Of a stretch of DNA of 64,000 nucleotides, positions 48,549 to 57,963 are shown piece after piece. Below the pieces are notes generated by a model. The model made no database searches. It worked only from the letters and a program-made list of their open reading frames with translations, and was not told the DNA's origin. Both the position numbers and the translations under genes were made by a program. Position 1 is the first letter of the stretch, and every line of letters begins with the position of its first letter. The stretch comes from Polyangiaceae bacterium (GTDB taxonomy: Bacteria; Myxococcota_A; Polyangia; Polyangiales; Polyangiaceae), in the NCBI GenBank assembly GCA_033763455.1, contig JANRKO010000064.1:11585-75584 (forward strand), written 5' to 3'.

Positions 48549-51500
48549 TCACTTCGCCGCTTGGAATTGCTGCTTCAAAACCTTGGCCGTGGCCGTTTTT
48601 GTGCGTGAAACTTCCTTGGGTGTGCCGGCCGCCACCACTGTTCCGCCCCCTTCTCCGCCCTCTGGGCCAAGCTCGACCAAATAGTCGGCACCGGCCAACA
48701 CTTGGGGATGGTGCTCGATGACAACGAGTGTGTCTCCGCGTTCCACGAGTCGATCGAGCACCACTATCAGCTTGCTGACGTCGGTTAGATGAAGGCCGGT
48801 GGTGGGCTCGTCGAGCACATACAGTGTGGGTTCGTGACGTCGCGTTGCCGTAAGCTCCGCCGCCAACTTTAGGCGCTGGGCTTCCCCGCCCGAAAGCGTA
48901 TGCGAGCCCTGGCCGAGTGCGATGTAGCCGGCGCCTAGGTCCCGAAGAGTGCAGAGAGGTTGGGATATTTCCGGATGATTGGCAAAGGTAATAGCCGCTT
49001 GTTCAGCGGTTAACTTCAAAACCTCCCCGATGGTAAGGCCTCCCCAACGGATCTCAAGCGTGCGCGCTTCGAACCGATTGCCCTCACAAGCCACGCACGG
49101 GGTTACCACATCCGGCAGGAAGCTCATCTCGTGCGTGATGAACCCCTGACCTTCACAAGTCTCACAACGCCCACCAGCGTTGCTGTTGAAGGAAAAACGC
49201 GCCGCCGAAAACCCGGCCACTTTGGCCTCGGGGGCAGCCGCATAGAGGGCCCGAATGGCGTCAAAAATACCTAGAAACGTGGCTGGCGTGGAACGCGGCG
49301 TGCGGCCAATTGGGGCTTGGTCGACTTCGACAGCCCGCACAATTCCCTCAATTCCACGAAGCGCTTTGAAAGCTCCCGCCGGCTCCGCCTCAAGGCCAAG
49401 CTTCTTGCGCAGTGCCGGCAATAGAACCTGACGGATCAGTGTGCTCTTCCCCGATCCGCTGACACCCGCCACCGCATTAAAGCGCCCTTTAGCAAAACGC
49501 ACATCCACAGATTTAAGGTTGTGTTCGCTGGCACCCACTAATTCCACCCAACCCGCTGCCTTGAGCGACCGTGGAGCACGATGGCTTACGGGCTCCGCAA
49601 GCGCTCGCCCCGTTGGAGAATCGGGATTGGCTAAGACTAACTTCGCGGGCCCCGCGGCCATGATTCGGCCGCCTTCCGCACCGCCTTTCGGCCCTACATC
49701 AATGAGATAGTCCGCAGCACGAATGGTTTCTTCGTCGTGCTCCACCAGGAGCACCGTTGAGCCCAGAGCGACCAAGCTGCGCAGATTCGCGAGCAGGCGC
49801 CCCGTGTCCCGAGGGTGCAGCCCAATGGTAGGCTCGTCCAAGACGTAAAGCGCTCCGGTAAGGCCTGCCCCGAGCTGAGCCGCGAGCCTAAGCCGCTGCA
49901 ATTCGCCTCCAGAAAGCGTCAAGGCGGGGCGATCGAGGGAGAGATAGTCGAGGCCCACGTCGCCAAGAAACTGGAGCCGACGTTCGAGCTCAGCTTTGAT
50001 AGGTTGCAAGATAAGAGCGTGGTCCCCGGTTGCCTTCAATGAGGCCACGAGCTTTCGCGCCTTACCGACCGGCATGCTGCAGAATTCACTAAAACGGTGG
50101 CCGTTTAAGCGAACAGCACGCGGGATCGGTGCCAAGCGGCTACCGCCGCAGTCGGGGCAAACACGAGAGAGCGGGCGTACGCTCTTTTTGCGACTCGTCG
50201 TCTCAAGCACACCGTCCCCATCGCAGGTGGCGCACTTTCCCTGAGCCGCATTGAAGGAAAACCAACGAGGGTCGAGCTTTGGTATGGCAAAGCCGCAGAC
50301 CGGGCACGCCATCTTAGTGGATAGGAGCTCCTGACTTTTGCCACTTGTAAGCTTGATGCTGCCCCTGCCCCAAACGCTAGCGCGTTCGAGCTCAGCCCGT
50401 GAAATGGTGCTGGCTTGAACGTCTTCGGCAAACACCAAATCAATGGCGTGTTCTGCATTTCTGGCCAAACGCGGGGGAGATTCGGTTTGAACGCGCAACC
50501 CGTCGCACACGGCATAGGCCACTCCCGCACGTGCAGCAGCCGCGAAGACATCCAAGTAGGTTCCCTTTCGATCTTCTACCACCGGCGCGAACAGCGACAC
50601 CTTGCCCCGCCGCCCCAGGATCCTTCGGTACACCGAATCGAGACTACTTTCTTCGATCGATTCGTCGTGCACGGGGCAATGCGGAGTTCCCAACTTCGCG
50701 TACAATAGGCGCAGGTAGTGGCCCACTTCAGTGACAGTAGCCACGGTAGATTTCTTGCCGCTGCGGGTGGTTCTTTGCTCAAGCGCAATCGACGGCGGAA
50801 CTCCAACGACTCGATCTACATCTGGCCGCGGCATGCTGGGCAAAAATTGGCGCGCGTAGGGCGTGAGTGTTTCCAAAAACCTGCGTTGCCCCTCAGCAAA
50901 CACAACGTCAAACGCCAAGGTACTTTTCCCGGAGCCGCTCGGACCGGTAACAACGGTGAGGGCGTCATGGGGGATCTTTACAGAAACGCCCTTTAAGTTG
51001 TGTTCCCGCGCCTGCACTACTTCGAGCACTCGCTCTTTGGATGTGGCGCGCACTCTTGCTGATTTCTTGGGCAAAGCTTGGGAATTTTTGGCAATCTTGA
51101 GCGCTCTGCCGGTCGGGCAATCAACGACTTCTAACTCTTCGGGCGTACCGCTTGCTAGAAGCCGCCCTCCCCGCGCTCCGCCGCTCGGCCCAAGCTCGAT
51201 GAGAAAATCTGCGTTGCGAATAATGCCAAGGTCGTGCTCCACCAAAACCACGCTCGCGCCGGCGTCAAGCAAAGCATCAATACCCTTTAAGACGTGGCCC
51301 ACCTCGTCCGCGTGCAGGCCTGCGCTCGGTTCATCCAAGACAAAGAGCGTCCCCGGCTTCACTTCAGAGAGCGCCCGGGAAAGCTTCAAGCGTTGCGCCT
51401 CACCTCCGGAAAGCGTCGAAAGCGCTTGCCCGAGCGGTAGGTAACCCAACCCCAAGTAAGCAAGCGGCCCAAGCCGGCGCTGCACCTGGCGTTCCTCCTC

Positions 51501-53819
51501 AAACAAGGCGAGTGTGGACGCAACGGTTTCGGACAAGAGCTCAGCTACGCTCTTGCCTTTGAGCTTCACGCCCAGCACGGCTAAAGAGAAGCGCTTGCCC
51601 TGGCACACGGGGCAAAGCAGCCGAACATCCGCCAAAAACTGCATCTCCACCGTCTCAAAGCCTTCACCCGAACACGCTTCGCACCTTCCCCCGCTCACAT
51701 TGAACGAAAAATCCGACGCGGATAGCCCACCAAGGGTCGCCTCGGGCTGCGCCGCGAGGCGCGCGCGAATAAACTCCCAGGCTTTGGTGTACGTAGCGGC
51801 GTTACCTCGCGACGTTCTTCCTAGCGGGGATTGATCCACCAAAACCACGCTTTTGATCCCCTTCGGAACGTCGATTCCAGAGCAGGTACCCGCAGGCTCC
51901 ACGTCGGTATCGCCGAAGGTTCGCGCCAGCGTTCGATACAAAATATCCACCGCCAACGTGCTTTTGCCCGACCCGCTCGGCCCGGTAATCACCGTGAGCA
52001 CGCCGGTAGGGATCTCCACGTCAAACTCTTTGAGATTATTAGCGCCAGCGCCCTTCACGCGAATAGCTGTTGCCGCCTCACGCAAAGGGCGAGTGCGCCC
52101 GGCAATGCTGTTCACGGCGCGAGCTGTGGCCGTGGGTTGCGCTACCACTTCGGCGGAAGTTCCGTCCGCCACCACCTTGCCGCCCCGCGGCCCCGCCTCC
52201 GGGCCAAGCTCGATCACCCGATCTGCTGCCAAAATAACCGCGGGATCATGCTCGATCACCAGCACGGTGTTCCCACGATCAGCAAGCTCCCGAAACATCT
52301 CCGAGAGCGGGGCAATGTCCTGCGCGTGCAGCCCAACCGTCGGCTCATCCAAGACGAAGAGCGCGTTGTGAAGAGAGGTACCAAGCGCCGCCGTGAGCGT
52401 CACCCGCTGCGCCTCTCCACCTGAAAGCGTCCGGGCTTGGCGATCCAGCGTGAGATATCCGAGCCCCACCCGGTTGAGGTAGTGGAGCCGCGAAAGCAAC
52501 TCTTCGCGAATGAGCCGTCCCTGGGCCGTCTTGGGTGCAAGATCGAGGAGCAGCGCCTCAGCATCCGCCACTTCAAGCTCGTGCACGGCCGCTAGCGTGC
52601 GACCACTCACGAGGTATCCGAGGGCGTCAGGATTGAGGCGTTTGCCACCGCATGCCGCACAAGGATCGTAACTGCGGTAACGCGAGAGCAGCACCCGCAC
52701 ATGCATCTTGTAAGTGCGTGTCTCAAGCCACGCAAACCAGCCCCGCACGCCCGGGAACGTCGTTTCCGAAAAATCTCCATCGCCAGCGAGCACGCGTTCC
52801 TTGGCCTGCTTCGTAAGCTCCGCCCACGGCCGTTCCCAGGGGATTTTGTGTCGCTCGCACAGCTTGCGAAGCGCAGCACGTTCCCAAGTCGTCGAGTCTC
52901 CGCGCCAGGGCCGCACGGCCCCGGCCTTCAAGCTGAGGCTTTCGTCGGGAAACACCTTTTGAAGATCGATCCCCACAGTACGACCAAAGCCACGGCAGGT
53001 AGGGCAGGCGCCAAGTGGCGAAGCATAGGAAAACAGCCCTGGGCGCGGCTCCTCAAACGACTCCCCACCCTCTGGGCACACGAGGCCAGGCTGCAACCGC
53101 ACGGTGGTGTCCCCGCAACGAACCTGCGCGGGCGTGCTCCGCGCCCACGCAATCTCCAACGCCTGAGCGAGACGTTCCTGAACCGCCGCACTGAGCGCCA
53201 GACGATCGAGCACCACGCTCACATCTGCTGCCGCCAACGCTTCCGAAGGTTTGAGCGTTTCGAGGTCCCGCACCTCACCATCCAGCGCAATACGAGTGTA
53301 CCCCTCCGCCAAAAGGCGCGTGCGCGTATCAAGAAACGCTTCAAGCCCGCCGATAGCTAGAGGATAACTTACAATGGCGCGCTGACCACGCCAGCGCTGA
53401 ATGACAGAAGCTGCAGCCGAATTGGCATCTAAGCGGACCGCTAGACACCCGTGCGTTGGACACACAGGTTCGGATTCACGCAGGAACAGAGCCGACAAAT
53501 ACGGCTCCAGATCGGCCATCGTGGCCAACGTGGAGCGGGAACTTTTGATCGGCGCCTTGCGATCCACGGCCACGCCTGCCGAGACAGGATCCAGCTTGAT
53601 GACAGGTGGGCGTTCGAGGCGTTCCAAGAACTGACGGGCGTAGGGACTAAAGCTCTCTACGAAGCGGCGCTGGCCCTCCGAGTAGAGTGTATCGAGCGCC
53701 AAGCTGCTTTTCCCGGAGCCAGAAACGCCCGTTATGGCGATGACCTGGCCTGGAGCAAGCACCAGGTTGACGCTCTTTAGATTGTGCGTGGTGGCGCCGG
53801 TAAGAACTGTGGGGTGCAT
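48549..53819 (-). CDS. uvrA: Double-length excinuclease ABC subunit A
   Basis: Four GxSGSGKS Walker A and four LSGGE signatures, CxxC zinc fingers, FSFN motifs. Confidence 0.93.
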   Translation of the reverse strand: MHPTVLTGATTHNLKSVNLVLAPGQVIAITGVSGSGKSSLALDTLYSEGQRRFVESFSPYARQFLERLERPPVIKLDPVSAGVAVDRKAPIKSSRSTLATMADLEPYLSALFLRESEPVCPTHGCLAVRLDANSAAASVIQRWRGQRAIVSYPLAIGGLEAFLDTRTRLLAEGYTRIALDGEVRDLETLKPSEALAAADVSVVLDRLALSAAVQERLAQALEIAWARSTPAQVRCGDTTVRLQPGLVCPEGGESFEEPRPGLFSYASPLGACPTCRGFGRTVGIDLQKVFPDESLSLKAGAVRPWRGDSTTWERAALRKLCERHKIPWERPWAELTKQAKERVLAGDGDFSETTFPGVRGWFAWLETRTYKMHVRVLLSRYRSYDPCAACGGKRLNPDALGYLVSGRTLAAVHELEVADAEALLLDLAPKTAQGRLIREELLSRLHYLNRVGLGYLTLDRQARTLSGGEAQRVTLTAALGTSLHNALFVLDEPTVGLHAQDIAPLSEMFRELADRGNTVLVIEHDPAVILAADRVIELGPEAGPRGGKVVADGTSAEVVAQPTATARAVNSIAGRTRPLREAATAIRVKGAGANNLKEFDVEIPTGVLTVITGPSGSGKSTLAVDILYRTLARTFGDTDVEPAGTCSGIDVPKGIKSVVLVDQSPLGRTSRGNAATYTKAWEFIRARLAAQPEATLGGLSASDFSFNVSGGRCEACSGEGFETVEMQFLADVRLLCPVCQGKRFSLAVLGVKLKGKSVAELLSETVASTLALFEEERQVQRRLGPLAYLGLGYLPLGQALSTLSGGEAQRLKLSRALSEVKPGTLFVLDEPSAGLHADEVGHVLKGIDALLDAGASVVLVEHDLGIIRNADFLIELGPSGGARGGRLLASGTPEELEVVDCPTGRALKIAKNSQALPKKSARVRATSKERVLEVVQAREHNLKGVSVKIPHDALTVVTGPSGSGKSTLAFDVVFAEGQRRFLETLTPYARQFLPSMPRPDVDRVVGVPPSIALEQRTTRSGKKSTVATVTEVGHYLRLLYAKLGTPHCPVHDESIEESSLDSVYRRILGRRGKVSLFAPVVEDRKGTYLDVFAAAARAGVAYAVCDGLRVQTESPPRLARNAEHAIDLVFAEDVQASTISRAELERASVWGRGSIKLTSGKSQELLSTKMACPVCGFAIPKLDPRWFSFNAAQGKCATCDGDGVLETTSRKKSVRPLSRVCPDCGGSRLAPIPRAVRLNGHRFSEFCSMPVGKARKLVASLKATGDHALILQPIKAELERRLQFLGDVGLDYLSLDRPALTLSGGELQRLRLAAQLGAGLTGALYVLDEPTIGLHPRDTGRLLANLRSLVALGSTVLLVEHDEETIRAADYLIDVGPKGGAEGGRIMAAGPAKLVLANPDSPTGRALAEPVSHRAPRSLKAAGWVELVGASEHNLKSVDVRFAKGRFNAVAGVSGSGKSTLIRQVLLPALRKKLGLEAEPAGAFKALRGIEGIVRAVEVDQAPIGRTPRSTPATFLGIFDAIRALYAAAPEAKVAGFSAARFSFNSNAGGRCETCEGQGFITHEMSFLPDVVTPCVACEGNRFEARTLEIRWGGLTIGEVLKLTAEQAAITFANHPEISQPLCTLRDLGAGYIALGQGSHTLSGGEAQRLKLAAELTATRRHEPTLYVLDEPTTGLHLTDVSKLIVVLDRLVERGDTLVVIEHHPQVLAGADYLVELGPEGGEGGGTVVAAGTPKEVSRTKTATAKVLKQQFQAAK

Positions 53820-53932
53820 CGGTCGCCGCGATTCATAGCACCGGCCGCGTCGAGTCGAGGTTTTGCGTGCAGAAAAATCCGCCGGATGGGTTCTCCTCTG
53901 CTGAAAACCGCGGCACACTCGCCCACCCCAAA

Positions 53933-54421
53933 ATGGCCAAAGCCCCTGCTAAGCCAGAGAAAGCGATTCAGCTCGTCGCCAAAAACCGACGAGCGCGCTT
54001 TGAATACGACATCGGCGACACACTGGAGGCAGGGCTCCAGCTCATAGGGAGCGAGGTGCGTTCATTGCGGGATCAGGGCGCCGATCTTTCGGACGCCTGG
54101 ATCGACATCGACAGCCGAGGCGAAGCCTGGGTGAAGGGCTTGCGTATTCCACAACTCAAACACGCCGCCTTCTCCCACGAAGAGAAACGTTCAAGAAAGC
54201 TTCTCATCCACCGCTCTGAGATCGATCGTCTGAAAGGTGCACTTGAGCGCGAAGGGATGACCCTGATTGCCACCAGCATCTACTTCAAGGGGAGCCACGC
54301 CAAGCTCGCCGTTTCCACAGCCAAAGGGCGCAAGCACCACGACAAACGCCAGTACCTAAAGGAGCGCGAGGATTCGCGCGACGCGCGCCAGGCGATGCTG
54401 AAACACCGAGGCGGCCGCTAA
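53933..54421 (+). CDS. smpB: SsrA-binding protein
   Basis: NRRARFEY, EAGLQLIGSEVRS, RKLLIH, KGRKHHDKR. Confidence 0.95.
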   Translation: MAKAPAKPEKAIQLVAKNRRARFEYDIGDTLEAGLQLIGSEVRSLRDQGADLSDAWIDIDSRGEAWVKGLRIPQLKHAAFSHEEKRSRKLLIHRSEIDRLKGALEREGMTLIATSIYFKGSHAKLAVSTAKGRKHHDKRQYLKEREDSRDARQAMLKHRGGR

Positions 54422-54690
54422 TGTCGAAGCTCGCACTCGTTCCCGAAGGCAACGCGGAGATCGTGGAAGTCCAAGGCGTGCACGCCGTTCTACACTCCGA
54501 TCGCGCGTATCCACCCGGTGCTCCTCTCTCAGCAAATCTAGTGAGCACAGGCCAATCTGTGCAGGTGAAAATCACCGGGTGCAAGAAGCTCGACGAGCGT
54601 TTTGTGCTTCGGGGGCGCTTCGTGAGCCTCTCAAAAACGACACGCGATCAGATTTTGGCTGAGCTTTCGCCGAGCCCATCCAAAGAATAG
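54421..54690 (+). CDS. Small hypothetical protein coupled to smpB
   Basis: TAATG overlap with smpB; 89 aa, beta-rich. Confidence 0.6.
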   Translation: MSKLALVPEGNAEIVEVQGVHAVLHSDRAYPPGAPLSANLVSTGQSVQVKITGCKKLDERFVLRGRFVSLSKTTRDQILAELSPSPSKE

Positions 54691-54698
54691 CACCTAAG

Positions 54699-55661
54699 TT
54701 AACGTCTTTGTCCGAATGTCCCGAGCAAAGACGCTCCGAGCCATACCCCGGAGAGCGCTGCTTTCGAGGATGTCTTGGTGTCGCCCACTGGCACCTCGCG
54801 CAATAGCCAGCCAAGCTCCGGTCGAAGGCCGAGAATGAACCCTGGGGATACACCCAAGGCAAGGTTTGGCTCTAGCGCGGCGCGGGCACTCCACTCAACG
54901 TTCCTGCTGGGTTGTGTGCGTGAAACCTGCGCCAAAACGCCCGCAACACGAAACCCGAGGGAGCCTTGCCAATCGGTTCCAAGCTCCCAAGCGTAACTCG
55001 GAGCGAGCGACACTTCCCACCAGTTTAACGTCGAAGGATTGCTCGCAACAGACGTGCGACCGTGTGCCCACCCGCCCGAGAGATCGACGCTCAGCTTATC
55101 CGGAAGGGGGATTAAAAGCTCCGCCCGAACTCCGCCCAACCACGTCTGTTCTCCAAGCGACGCGCCAAATACCCCCGTGCGAAAGCTTGGAAGGAATTGG
55201 CGTCTGGCGGCTAAGATGGCGTCTGCACGTTGAAGCCTCGCCGTGCGCGCGTCTGCCTCCGCCAACGCCAAGGAAATAGCATGCTCTCGCAGGCGACGCC
55301 CAAGCTCGGCGGCTGTGAGAGAAATGCGCCGCGCCCTTAAGTGCTGGTTTCCCTGCAGGGAAACGCGCCGAGAACCGTACAGGCGGCCACGTTCCCAGAG
55401 CTCCACCAGCGCTGTCTCCCCGGCAAGGGCGATGCGAAAAAACAGCAGAGGCTCAAGCCTTTTCCCGTCAGCGTCAACAAACTCAGAAAGCTCGCTTTCT
55501 CCAAGCTCCAACCGAATCAAGCGCCGTGTGAGCGTTGCATCAAGAAGCGGCTCCGCCTCTCCGGTGATCTCAACGGCCAGCGCTGGGGCCATCTTGAAAC
55601 TAACAGGCGGCGCGGTGCGCTCACGCTGCGGCAAGGCTGAGTGCGGTTGGGGAGCCGCCAT
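54699..55661 (-). CDS. Hypothetical exported protein with C-terminal amphipathic beta strands; start uncertain
   Basis: Third gene of the ECF module; alternating hydrophobic strands in the C-terminal half. Confidence 0.55.
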   Translation of the reverse strand: MAAPQPHSALPQRERTAPPVSFKMAPALAVEITGEAEPLLDATLTRRLIRLELGESELSEFVDADGKRLEPLLFFRIALAGETALVELWERGRLYGSRRVSLQGNQHLRARRISLTAAELGRRLREHAISLALAEADARTARLQRADAILAARRQFLPSFRTGVFGASLGEQTWLGGVRAELLIPLPDKLSVDLSGGWAHGRTSVASNPSTLNWWEVSLAPSYAWELGTDWQGSLGFRVAGVLAQVSRTQPSRNVEWSARAALEPNLALGVSPGFILGLRPELGWLLREVPVGDTKTSSKAALSGVWLGASLLGTFGQRR

Positions 55662-55704
55662 CAAAAGCGCGCTCTGCAAAGACAGGCCGAGGAAACAGCA
55701 GAGG

Positions 55705-56718
55705 CTAGCGAGCTTCGGTCTCTCTGAGCTCAGTGGGAACCGGTTGGGCGTCGGCGCCGGCGGCAGCTGCGTCCGTGGCGCCAGGCGCCCCAGGGACGCC
55801 AACACCTGCGGGCGCTTTGCTTGCCTCGTTCGGATCGGCACCAAGCTCTCGCAGCCGCAAGCTTTCCGGGAACTCCGATTCATAGCTCTTAGCTAACCGC
55901 CTCGCTTCGTCCGTCTGCCCGAGCTTCACCAGAGCTTCCAGCTGCCGGACAACCGCATCTTCGGCGAAATCTCCCCGGGGTGACAAGCGTTGGTACCAGG
56001 CGAACGCCGCGGCCGCCCCCACCTGGTCACCGGCCTGCTCCAACATGTTTCCTAAAGTCCAAGCAGCCAGGGGGGCTTCGGGGCTGCCACCAAACTGCTC
56101 CAGAACTTGGCGAAGGGCCTGCAACGCTCGGCCTTTTTGACCGGTGGCGCGCGCAACGTCGACGGCCGCCATCAGTCGGTCGGCACTTGCATGATTAAGT
56201 ACTTCATCAAAACCGCCCTCTGTTTCCAGCGACTGAAGCGCGGAGGTGTAGTCGCCAAGATTGGCGAGCTGCATCCACTCCGGCGGCCCAGCGTCAGCTG
56301 CGCTCGGAGCAGAAGGGGCAGCCATCGCCGCCGGCACCTCGCCGCGGGGCTCCGGGTGGGCGGAAGCTTTCACGAATTCCTCGCGCCGCAAGCGCTTAAC
56401 GGCTCGTGGCGTCGTCGCACGGGGTGCGACCGAAGGGATAACCTGGGGCGCTATTTGCCCACCTGCGGGTGCAAGGTTCAGCGGCGGCTCGGGGCTAGCT
56501 TGCGCTCCGACTTCTCCCGAGCCATTCCACTGCACTCCGAGCACAAGACCGGCCGCAAACGTAACGCTTGCCAATGCCAACGACCAAGCGCTGAGCGCCC
56601 GCGGAGTGCGCGCGAGAGGCGCCTCATTTTCAAGCCTTTGCCAAACTCGTTCCACCGCCTCGGGAGTGGCGGCGTTTCTCAAGAGCTTGCGATCTATGCG
56701 GGGGAGCTGCGGTGTCAT
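55705..56718 (-). CDS. Putative anti-sigma factor (TM plus C-terminal TPR)
   Basis: ATGA-coupled to the ECF sigma; short N-terminal domain, TM, TPR-like repeats. Confidence 0.7.
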   Translation of the reverse strand: MTPQLPRIDRKLLRNAATPEAVERVWQRLENEAPLARTPRALSAWSLALASVTFAAGLVLGVQWNGSGEVGAQASPEPPLNLAPAGGQIAPQVIPSVAPRATTPRAVKRLRREEFVKASAHPEPRGEVPAAMAAPSAPSAADAGPPEWMQLANLGDYTSALQSLETEGGFDEVLNHASADRLMAAVDVARATGQKGRALQALRQVLEQFGGSPEAPLAAWTLGNMLEQAGDQVGAAAAFAWYQRLSPRGDFAEDAVVRQLEALVKLGQTDEARRLAKSYESEFPESLRLRELGADPNEASKAPAGVGVPGAPGATDAAAAGADAQPVPTELRETEAR

Positions 56719-57440
56719 GACGATGGATCTAAGGTGGACGATTCTGGGGACATTTCATCGGCCCATTTGGGCGACGGCGAAGGCTCAAGCGCAACATCGG
56801 AACGCTGTCGCTGACCGTAGGTGCCGAGGAGGTGATTCTGAGCGCGGGAGATCCTGCGCTTGGCGGTGGCGAGCGAACAATCCATCAGTTGGCTTACGCC
56901 CTGCAGGTCGTGATGCTCGACGTAACGCAGGGTCCACGCGATTCGATCGTCAGCTGGCAACTCCAACAGCATGGCGTACACCTGGACCAATTCCGCACGT
57001 GCCTCAGGGCCTGCATCACTAGAAACAAGCAAATCCAGATCCACCACTTCGGATTGTGTCGCTGAACCGATGCCAAATACGCTCATCAGCTTGGCTCGGC
57101 GCAAGCGCGTCTTTACCAGACGAACCACGATGGAACCCAGCCAGGAGCGAAACGCTGAAGGATCTCTCAAGCTGTCAGTTCGCTGGGCTGCGCGCAGGAA
57201 AGCATCGTGCACAACGTCCTCAACGTCGTTGGCATTGCCTTGAATCCGCACCGCCAGGTTAATCGCAAATGCCGCGTGGCGCCGATACAAAGTCTCAAAA
57301 GCACTCGGGTCCCCCTCCTTCATCAGCCTCACCAGCTGGTCATCTCCGAGAGCAGCCACAGGGCCCAAGGTGGAGCCGTCGGAGGCCGCGGCGCCGTCCA
57401 CGAGTCTGAGATGCGGACGGAGGGCGGTGGCGCGGGGCAT
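56715..57440 (-). CDS. ECF RNA polymerase sigma factor
   Basis: AFETLYRRH, EDVVHDAF, FRSWL, CSLATAKRRISRA. Confidence 0.9.
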   Translation of the reverse strand: MPRATALRPHLRLVDGAAASDGSTLGPVAALGDDQLVRLMKEGDPSAFETLYRRHAAFAINLAVRIQGNANDVEDVVHDAFLRAAQRTDSLRDPSAFRSWLGSIVVRLVKTRLRRAKLMSVFGIGSATQSEVVDLDLLVSSDAGPEARAELVQVYAMLLELPADDRIAWTLRYVEHHDLQGVSQLMDCSLATAKRRISRAQNHLLGTYGQRQRSDVALEPSPSPKWADEMSPESSTLDPSS

Positions 57441-57658
57441 GAGGGGAGTTCAGTATGGACGCCCGGCGCACTGGTTTCAGCTCATTCTGCTGAAAACTAC
57501 CTAATCTGAGCCGATCGGAGGGGTCCTCAATAAGCCCGGAGGTCAGCCCATGGGCCTAATTTGCGCCCCGGTGAGCCACCTTCCGGCGCCCGCGCGTCTG
57601 GGGAGGGCAAGGCTCGCGACCTCAAAATCCCGCGAGTCACTTTTAGGAGGACCTCATT

Positions 57659-57883
57659 ATGAAGAAGATTCTACTCGCTCTCCCCTTGACCGCTCTGCTC
57701 GTTGCTTGCGGTGGCGCTGCCACCCCCGAGGCCGAGGCTCCGGCCGCTCCTGCTGCTGCTGCTGCTGAAGAAGCCGCTCCCGCTGCTGACGCCGCTCCCG
57801 CTGCTGACGCTGCTGAAGCTGCTCCCGCTGCCGACGCTGCTGCTCCGGCTGCTGACGCTCCGGCTGCTCCCGCTGCTGAGTAA
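57659..57883 (+). CDS. Small Ala/Pro/Asp-rich lipoprotein
   Basis: AGGAGG RBS, MKKILL...LVAC lipobox, (AAPAAD)n repeats, followed by a terminator. Confidence 0.85.
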   Translation: MKKILLALPLTALLVACGGAATPEAEAPAAPAAAAAEEAAPAADAAPAADAAEAAPAADAAAPAADAPAAPAAE

Positions 57884-57921
57884 GAGTAATACGAGCAACC
57901 GCATTGCGGTTGGATGATTTT

Positions 57922-57954
57922 CGGCCGGGAGAGGCAACTCTCCTGGCCGTTTTT
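57922..57954 (+). terminator. Intrinsic terminator
   Basis: 12-bp stem CGGCCGGGAGAG/CTCTCCTGGCCG, GCAA loop, T-run. Confidence 0.88.
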
Positions 57955-57963
57955 CTTTTGTCC

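Noticed and set aside
53820..54700. tmRNA (ssrA) next to smpB
   Set aside because: No intergenic room and no tRNA-like GGGG...CCACCA ends are visible.
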